DNA of 31,734 nucleotides from a virus. Its lineage: Duplodnaviria; Caudoviricetes. The notes under the pieces are model-generated. The model ran no database searches. It saw only the letters and a program-made list of their open reading frames with translations, and had not been told where the DNA came from. Positions 17,801-26,800 of the stretch are shown piece by piece. The stretch lies in the IMG/VR virus record IMGVR_UViG_3300025646_000196, positions 1 to 31,734 of that record. One strand, written 5' to 3'. The position numbers and the translations under genes were made by a program. The stretch's first letter is position 1, and each line of letters starts with the position of its first letter.

Positions 17801-20800
17801 GTTGTTGATAGATATGCTATTTTAGTAAATTCAGAAATACTTACTGTTGGCGATGCAATTTTTGTTGCTGTGTTTAATCAAAATGCTGTACAAAATAGTG
17901 CGTACTACGAAGTACCTAAGAACCTAGATATAAACAGTCTTAATAAGAATTTGTCTACATTAACCTTAGGACAAATGCGTAACCATTTGATTACATTAAA
18001 AAATAATGCATTAAATGTAGTAGGTAGTGTTCCTGGCAACAGTAACCTAAGGGACATAACTTATAGTAACAATGGTGGAAGTATATTACAGCATAGTTCG
18101 CCAGCTATCTATAGTAACTTATTTTTAAATCACCCAACAATGAACTTTGTTGATGCTATTAGCTTGGCTAATAGAGAATATACAAAATTTAAAGATAAGT
18201 TCTTAGAATTGTCTGCAAATCTTGAAATAGATCTTAATGATATTTCAGGAAGTGTTGATGCTATTATTAATAAGATTCATGAAGTAAAGAATGAAAGTTT
18301 CCCTTGGTACTACAGTGACATGGTCCCGCATGGAACAACAGACAGAGTTGAGCTTCCACCCTATGAGATATATGATCCAGAGTTACTAACGTACGAGATA
18401 ACTAGAATATTCGATGATACAACTCCTAGTAACAAGGCTGTATTTGTTTATCTGACTAGAAGAGCAAACAATGTAACTACTAAAGTGTTGTTAGTTAAAG
18501 ACAGAGACTACACATTTAATAAAGATCGTCCTGCTATTACTTTTACTAGTAGTTTTAGATTACTTTTTAATGACAAGATTAATATTGTTGAATACAATAA
18601 CACCGACGGAAGCTGGGTACCAGAAACTCCAACTAAGATGGGTATGTTCCCTAAATTCTACCCAGAGAAATATACAGATAACACACTACGTACTCCGGTT
18701 CCTGTAATACAAGGTCATGACGGAAGTTTGACTCCTGCATTCAACGACTTTAGAGATGATTTGTTAATTGAACTTGAGCGTAGAATTTACAACAACATTA
18801 AAGTTAACTACGATATTAACACATTTAATTTACATGATTATATTCCTGGTAAATTTAGACCTACTGATTATACAAGACAAGAATTTAACCAGATAATAAG
18901 TCAAAAATTCTTAGCATGGGTAGGCACAAATAGACTAGATTTTTCTACTAACACACATTTCAAGTCAAGCGACCCGTTCACTTACAATTACAAAAACTTT
19001 ACTGATATTATCAATGGTGAAAGTTTGCCAGGAACATGGCGATCGGTCTTTAGACATTTTTACGATACAGATCGTCCGCACACACATCCTTGGGAAATGT
19101 TAGGTTTTAGTCAAAAGCCAAGCTACTGGGAAGATCGATATGGTCCTGCACCATATACAGGTGGTAACAATGTATTATGGAGTGACCTGAGTCTTGGTTA
19201 TATTCACGACGGTGAACGTGCTGGTTTTGACTTACGCTATCAACGACCAAATTTATCACAATTTATCCCTGTTGACGAAGCAGGAAATCTACGTTCACCT
19301 AACGAAACACTAGTTACTGATTTTGATAGTGCTCAAGCTAATAGCAGTTATGCAGTTGGAGACATAGGTCCAGCAGAATTAGCTTGGAGACGTAGTAGTG
19401 AGTATCCATTTGCTGTTCATTTAGCATTAGCTCTTGCTAAACCAGGTCGATATTTTGGACTCCAATTGAACACAAAGAATTACAAACGTAATTCTTGGAC
19501 ATCTCAATTTGAGATAAATCTTAAAGGACAACATTTAACTCCACAGGAAGTAATGGTTCATGGTTATACTGATTCTGCTGGAACAGTTGAAAGAACAGCA
19601 GGATATATTAACTGGATTAGAGATTATGTTAAGAACTTAGGTGTAGGAGATGCATCAGGAACTATCAAGACAAACCTTAAACTATTGGATGTTAGACTAG
19701 TTTACAAAGTAGCCGGCTTCACTGATAAAAAGTTTATTGAACTGTTAGCAGAGCAGAATAGTCCTACAAGCGTCACCGACAGTGTCCTCATCCCAGATGA
19801 AAATTATCGTTTAGAATTACACTCCGGCGCACCAGTTAGCAGAATTTCGTATAGTGCTGTAATTGTTGAGAAGAGTCCAAACGGATATTCAGTGAGCGGA
19901 TACGATTTAACAAATCCATATTTTTCAATCATCCCAAGTGAGCCTAACAACAATTCTTATGTTGTAACATCAGGCACACAACGAGGAGTGATTTATAGAG
20001 ACTTTAAAAAATCACGATTTACGATTCCATACGGTTTTGAATTTAACACTAAACAACAGGTTGTTGATTTCCTAGTAGGTTATCAGAGATTTTTAATAGC
20101 ACAAGGATTTATTTTTAAAGATAGAGACGTTGACCTACAAGAGCAAAAAGATTGGATATTAAGTGTAAAAGAATTTTTACATTGGTCCGGACAAGGATGG
20201 CGTAATGGTAATATAATTGTATTAAGTCCAGTGTCATCAACTCTAAGAGTATATAACCAAAGTGCAGTAGTTGGTCACGTTGTTAATGATTCAACTCATA
20301 ATCGTGTGTTAGACTTAAACTTTAAAGCAATTACTAAAAATAATTTTACAGTAAACAGAGAAAGTAGTCTGTTTACATTTACCTCAAATTCGCAACAAAC
20401 AGTTGGATTTGCTGAATTTGGGATGATACAATACGAGCATCTTCTGATATTAGACAATGTTACAGACTTCAACGATGTTATCTATGTTCCTGAGTTAGGC
20501 AATAGACAGTATAGAATAAAATTAAGTGGAAGTAAAACTGGCTCATGGAATGGAAGCCTTGAATTGCCAGGATTTATATATAGTAGTGATAAGATTGATA
20601 GTTGGCAGGCCGGTATTGACTACCTTAAAGGTACTATTGTTCAATACAAAGAAAAATATTATACTGCACTTAAAAACATTGTTGCCGCTTCAACGTTCCA
20701 AACTACCAGTTGGAAACAAATTGCTAAAGAAGAATTACGGTCTGGTATAATCAATAACTTTGCTACTAACGCACAGCAAGGTATAAACTATTACGATATA

Positions 20801-23800
20801 CACAATCAGCCAGTTAACGAAGGAATACAATTATTCAGTAATGGGTTGATTGGATTTAGGGATAGAGATTATTTTACAAATCTTGGTCTCAGTACTACTA
20901 CCCAGGCAAAGTTTTATCAAGGACTTATTAAGAATAAAGGTACGTTGAATGCTCTTAATGCACTCGAAGGAGCAGTATTTGGCAATTTGTCTAGTGACAT
21001 TGACTGGTACGAAAACTGGGCTGTTAGAGTTGGCGAGTACGGAGCGTTAGATTCTAATTACTTTACAGAAGTAGAGTTAGACGAATCACTTTTTGATAGT
21101 AATCCAAGCTCACTTCAATTAATAGGCAATGGGGTCACAGAACAAGATGACATTATTGGTTATTCTGAACACGACATCTACAAGTCTTACGGCGTATATG
21201 ATCCAAACTTCTTACGCACAGAAACATTAGATGTGCCCAACCCACTAAAACCTTTGCCGGTGGCTGGATTCGCCAATCTTGATGATGTTGATCGTACTTT
21301 ATTTGATTTAAACAATTACGAAGATCTTTCATCGGTGGTTAACGAGATTCGCACAGGCTATAAAATCTGGGTAGCAAGAGATTTTACAGAGAACTGGAAT
21401 GTATACCGTGCAAGTATAATTCGTGGAATTCTTTTTGCGATGCGTCATCAAGTTGACGATCAAGTTGAAGTTATACATAACAGAGATCACGGCCTTACAG
21501 TAGGTGATCTGGTTGTTATTAAAAATTTCGACACAAGATTTGACGGTGTATACAAAGTTAATACCGTTATAGATACAACACGTTTTACTATAACCTTAAC
21601 ACAAAATCTACAAAGTCTTGTTGATGAACAAGCAGTTGCAGGAACAGGTACGTTGTATGTGTTTACAACATTAAGAGTAGATATTCCAAGCCAGATACAA
21701 ACAGTCTATCCGGTACAGGGATGGGTAGAGGGTGATAAAATATGGGTTGAAAATTTAGATGCCAACGGTAACTGGGGAGTTTACAATAAAAACAGCCCAT
21801 GGGTAAACAATGACAAATTGCAATTAGAACGTAGTAAGTTGTACGGCGATGATGACTTTGGTAGTGTAGTTGACCTTGATCCTGATTCAGGACAAGTTTT
21901 ATATGTTGGTTCGCCGGGTTCGGTATTGGGTCGTGGGCAAGCCGCAAGCTTCTTAAGATCTAGTACTAACACCTGGAGCTTTGCAACATCATTTTCTGCT
22001 AGTGCGAATGACAGAGTTAATAGTTTTGGTAAATCCATTGCTAATGCCGATGGAATACTAGCAGTAGGTGCTCCTGACAGTGTAAGTGGAACAGGTGCTG
22101 TTTTTATATACCGTAACGGCGAGCATCAACAAATAATTACACACCCCACAGGTGCCTCTACTTATAAATTTGGGGAATCGGTGGCGTTGAGTAGGGATGG
22201 ACTTTATCTTTATGTTAGCGAGCCTGGAAATGCTACAGTATATTGCTACGCAATTCAGAGCAGAGAAGTAGAATCAGAAACTATAACAGGTGACGGATTT
22301 ACGGACACATTTACTCTTGGCTTCAGTTCCGACAATGCGATTGATTTGTTGGTTATACCAGTGTTAAAGACCGATAACGAAAAATTACCTACTATAGACT
22401 ATACAGTTAGCGGCAACGATATAATTTTTGACGCAGGCGCTATTCCTGCTCTTCTTGAGAACATAAGCATTGTTAAGCGTCAGTTCTATTATAAACTAAT
22501 TGGTTCTGTTACAGGACCTGCAGGCATCAACTTTGGTGTTTCAATTTCAACTAATCGTTATGGTGATGTTCTAACAGTTGGTGCAAATGAGCGACAGGTT
22601 GATAGTGTTGAAAAAGAAGGTTCTGCTTATGTATACCATAGAACTATAACAGAATTTACAACAGATGGTATTAGTTCAACTTATACAGCACCAGACAGCT
22701 TTAATACCAACTACTATAGAGTAACTCTCAATGGTACAGAAATGGTTGACGGCACGGATTACTATACTGTGTCTCCTGCAAGTATACAGTTTGGCGAGTT
22801 TTCTGTTCCAACTATAGGACAAAAACTTAGATTTGAAACCAACCAGTTTGAGTTGGATCAAACAATAACAGCTTATAATCAAGGACTAATTGGGCAGAGA
22901 TTTGGACAGAAAGTAGAACTCTGCGGATCAGGATGTAATTTATATATTACTAGCCCAGAATACTTTACCAATACTTACACAAGAGGTGCTGTCTATAGAT
23001 ATCTCAATGTAGGCAGAATTTTTGGAGAAGTTGTAGGCGAATATAAAGTAGGTACTACTGTAACTACTCCTACAGTTACTCCGGGCCATGGAATGATTAT
23101 TAATGATAGGTATGTACAATTTAGTTCATCATCACTTGCGCATGTAGTTGCACAAATTAATGATGCAGATATTCCTGGTATAACAGCCGAGATTGTAGCC
23201 AACGGATCTACTAGCCAACTTAAAATAACCAGCGATGTAGTTGTGGCAAATGAAAAACTTGCAATTAAAACTGCAAGTGGTAGCACAGCAATAACTGATT
23301 TAGGATTAGATCTTTACAAGTTTGCGCAAATTATTACACACCCAAACAACGAAGGCGAAAAATTTGCAACTGGATTTGCACTATCGCAAGGTGTTGGTAA
23401 ACTTGTCGTAGGCAGCGACGGTGGTGATGTTACTGTTGACACAACTTTTGATAAGTCAAAAACAGAAACCACATTTGACTCTGGTAGCACAACTTATGTT
23501 CTGTTAGTTGAAGATAGTGGTGCAGTTTATGTATACGATTTAATGGATAATCCGTATGCTACTCCTAATAATCCTTCATTATTTGCATACTCACAAAAAT
23601 TAACTGGTACAGATTTACAAACTGGTTATAACTTTGGTTCTGACATAGCAATAGTTAATAATATGATGGTAGTAGGTGCGGCCAGCGATTTTAATTTAGT
23701 AACTGGTGGCGGCAGTGCTTATTCATATTACAATGAGAGTAGTAAATCTGGATGGGAACTACTTAGATATAAAGAGCCAAGGGTAGCTATTGATGCTATA

Positions 23801-26800
23801 AACTCTGCGTTTATATACAATAAGAGATCACAGACTATTTTTAATTATTTTGATATTTTAGATCCTGCTAAAGGGAAAATCTTAGGTATAGTAGATCAAG
23901 AATTGGATTATATAGAAGATTACGACCCTGCAAGTTATAGTACAGGTACCAGTGCTAACATAATTCTCAACACCAGCTTCTACTGGAGTGATCAACATGT
24001 TGGCAAAATATGGTGGGATACCAGTAAAGCAAGTTTTATAGATTATGAGCAAGGAACATTAGCATATAGAGAAAAGAATTGGGGTGCATTATTCCCGGGA
24101 AGTAGTGTTAACATTTACGAGTGGGTGGAAAGCGAATTTTTACCAAGTCAATATGTTGAAGCAGGTGGTGACGGAATACCTAAGCACGAAGATGACACAG
24201 CATACACTATCGTTAACTCTGTTGATCCAGCATCTGGAATAATTGTACAAAAATACTACTATTGGGTCAGTGGACGAACCAGTGTTGATGTTAATAAATC
24301 TTTAAGAACTCTTAGCACTAGCACTCTTGAAAAATACATTTCAAATCCTAAGGACCAGGGAATAGTATATCTGGCAGCTTTAGCACCTAATAGTGTGTCG
24401 GTGTTCAATGTTGCAAGTCGACTCTCGGCTAAAGATACAGTACTTCATATTGATACTAGTGTTCTTAGTAGTGATAACTTAATACACAATGAATATAGTT
24501 TAATACAACAAAATAATCCAACATCTATTGTGCCTACTAAGGTAATTAATAAACTAAAAGATAGTTTGATTGGAGCCGATGTAAGTGGTAGAGTAGTACC
24601 TGACCCAACTTTAAACCCACAAAATCAAATTGGTATATTAACAAGACCAAGACAAAGTTTATTTGTGAACAGGGTAGCGGCAGTAAAAGTCTTTGTTACA
24701 AAGTTAAATTCAATCTTGAAGAATCATCCTGTACTACTAATTAATAGTACTAAGAATTTGTATACTGAAGAGGCAAAACCAACAGAGTATGATGCTGAAG
24801 TTAACTCATTTACTGAAATATCTTATTTAGATACCACTGAGTTTGCAGATGGATACAAACTATTAATACCTGTTGATACTCGCTATGACGGAAAATGGTC
24901 ATTATATACATTCAACGGTGAAACTCGAGAGTTTGAACTTACTAAGGTACAGTCTTTTAAAACAGAGCTTTTATGGACACCAACTGATTGGTACGATAGT
25001 AGTTATGTTGATGGACACGATATTAACTATACCGTTAACACATATGGCGAAATACAAGCATTAACATTAGCTGAAGATTATTATGTTAAAGTAAATGACG
25101 ACGGGTCTGGGCGATGGTTAATCTATAGAATTAACGCCGATGCTACAAGAACATTGATAGCCGCACAGTCAGCAACAGTATCAGTTTCAACATCATTGTA
25201 TGATCCTACAGTAGGAGGTACAGGATTTGATGCTTCTGTATTTGATGTTGTTGCTTTTGATCCACAGTCTAATGTAGAATTGAGCGATATTTTTAATGCT
25301 GTATTTGACGAATTATTGACTGATAGTCTAGCTGTTGAGTTTAACAATTTGTTCTTCTCAATGGTTAATTATGTATTTGAAGAACAACAGGCACCAGACT
25401 GGATCTTTAAGACCAGTTTTATTGATGTTGTACACAATTTGAGAACACTTGATCAGATACCAAACTACGTTAAAGATAACACAAGTTTCTACGAAGATTA
25501 TATTAACGAAATTAAGCCATACAAAACTAAGGTAAGAGATTTCCAACCAACCTATACTAAGTTAGATGAAGCAACTGGAACATGGACAGATTTTGATGTC
25601 CCAGCAAGATATTTCTCAGCTGATGAGTCCTATAGATCGCCAAACATTCAAATTAGTTCCGAATCTACATATTTTGACGCAGATCTATATAAGCCTTACC
25701 GCGACAACTACAAATTAACTGTTGGCGAAATAATTGTTGGCAACGCTGGCGTTCGTTATACATTACCGCCAAACATTGCAATTACAGGCGGTGGTGGTAG
25801 TGGTGCTGAAGCAGTATCAACAGTTAATCCAGCTACTGGTACAATAACCAGTATTACAGTAACTAAAACAGGGTCAGGCTACACATCAACACCAACAGTT
25901 ATTGTAAATGGTTTAGGAGAAGGCGGAACAGCATATCCGATAATGCGTAATGACGGAACACATCCTCATATGCTGGTTAGGTCTATAGATAGTACTATTA
26001 AATTTGATAGAATAACCTATTCAAGTAATGTAACACAATGGCAGGCTAATACAGCATACGAAAATACTATCGTTGTTGATGGAAACAATGCTAATTGTTA
26101 TGATTTAAATAGAATTGAGTATGATAGTTATATTGGAGTTGGGTCAGAGGATATAGATGTAACAGATCTATTCTTCAAGCCCGACGGTACAAAGATGTAC
26201 GTCACTGGTAATAATACCGACACGGTATATGAATACAATTTAAGTACACCGTGGGAGATTGACACAGCAAGTAATATTGCGATCGCTAATGTTTATACAC
26301 AGGACTCTAGTGTACAAGGTGTTTATTTTAGAAGCGACGGCGAGCGTATGTATACCATTGGTATTAATACTGACAGTGTATACGAATATAGACTAGCTAC
26401 ACCATGGAGCGTAAACACAGCCGCTAATATTTCAGTTAAGAGTATTGTGAGTGAAGAGGCAAGTGCTCGCGCAGTTGAGTTCAACAACGACGGTTCCAAG
26501 ATGTACATCTTGGGTACGTTAAGTGATACAGTATTTGAATATGATTTGACTGTACCTTGGTTAGTATCGTCGGCTTCTTATAGCTCTCGTAGCTTATATG
26601 TTGGCAGTGAAGAAAACATTCCAACAGGTATGCGATTTAGACAAGATGGTAAAGAACTCTATATTGTTGGACAACAATACAATAAGATATGGAGTTACGT
26701 TTTAACAACCCCGTTTGATGTAAGCACTGCAACAGTACATAATTCATCAGACTTAGAAACAACTCAACCAACAGGATTGTATCTTAGAGCAGATGGTACC

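Noticed and set aside
2780-26111. Intragenic TAAATA matches (near 2781, 6824, 26106) as late or antisense promoters
   Set aside because: Expected by chance in AT-rich DNA and not placed before start codons.
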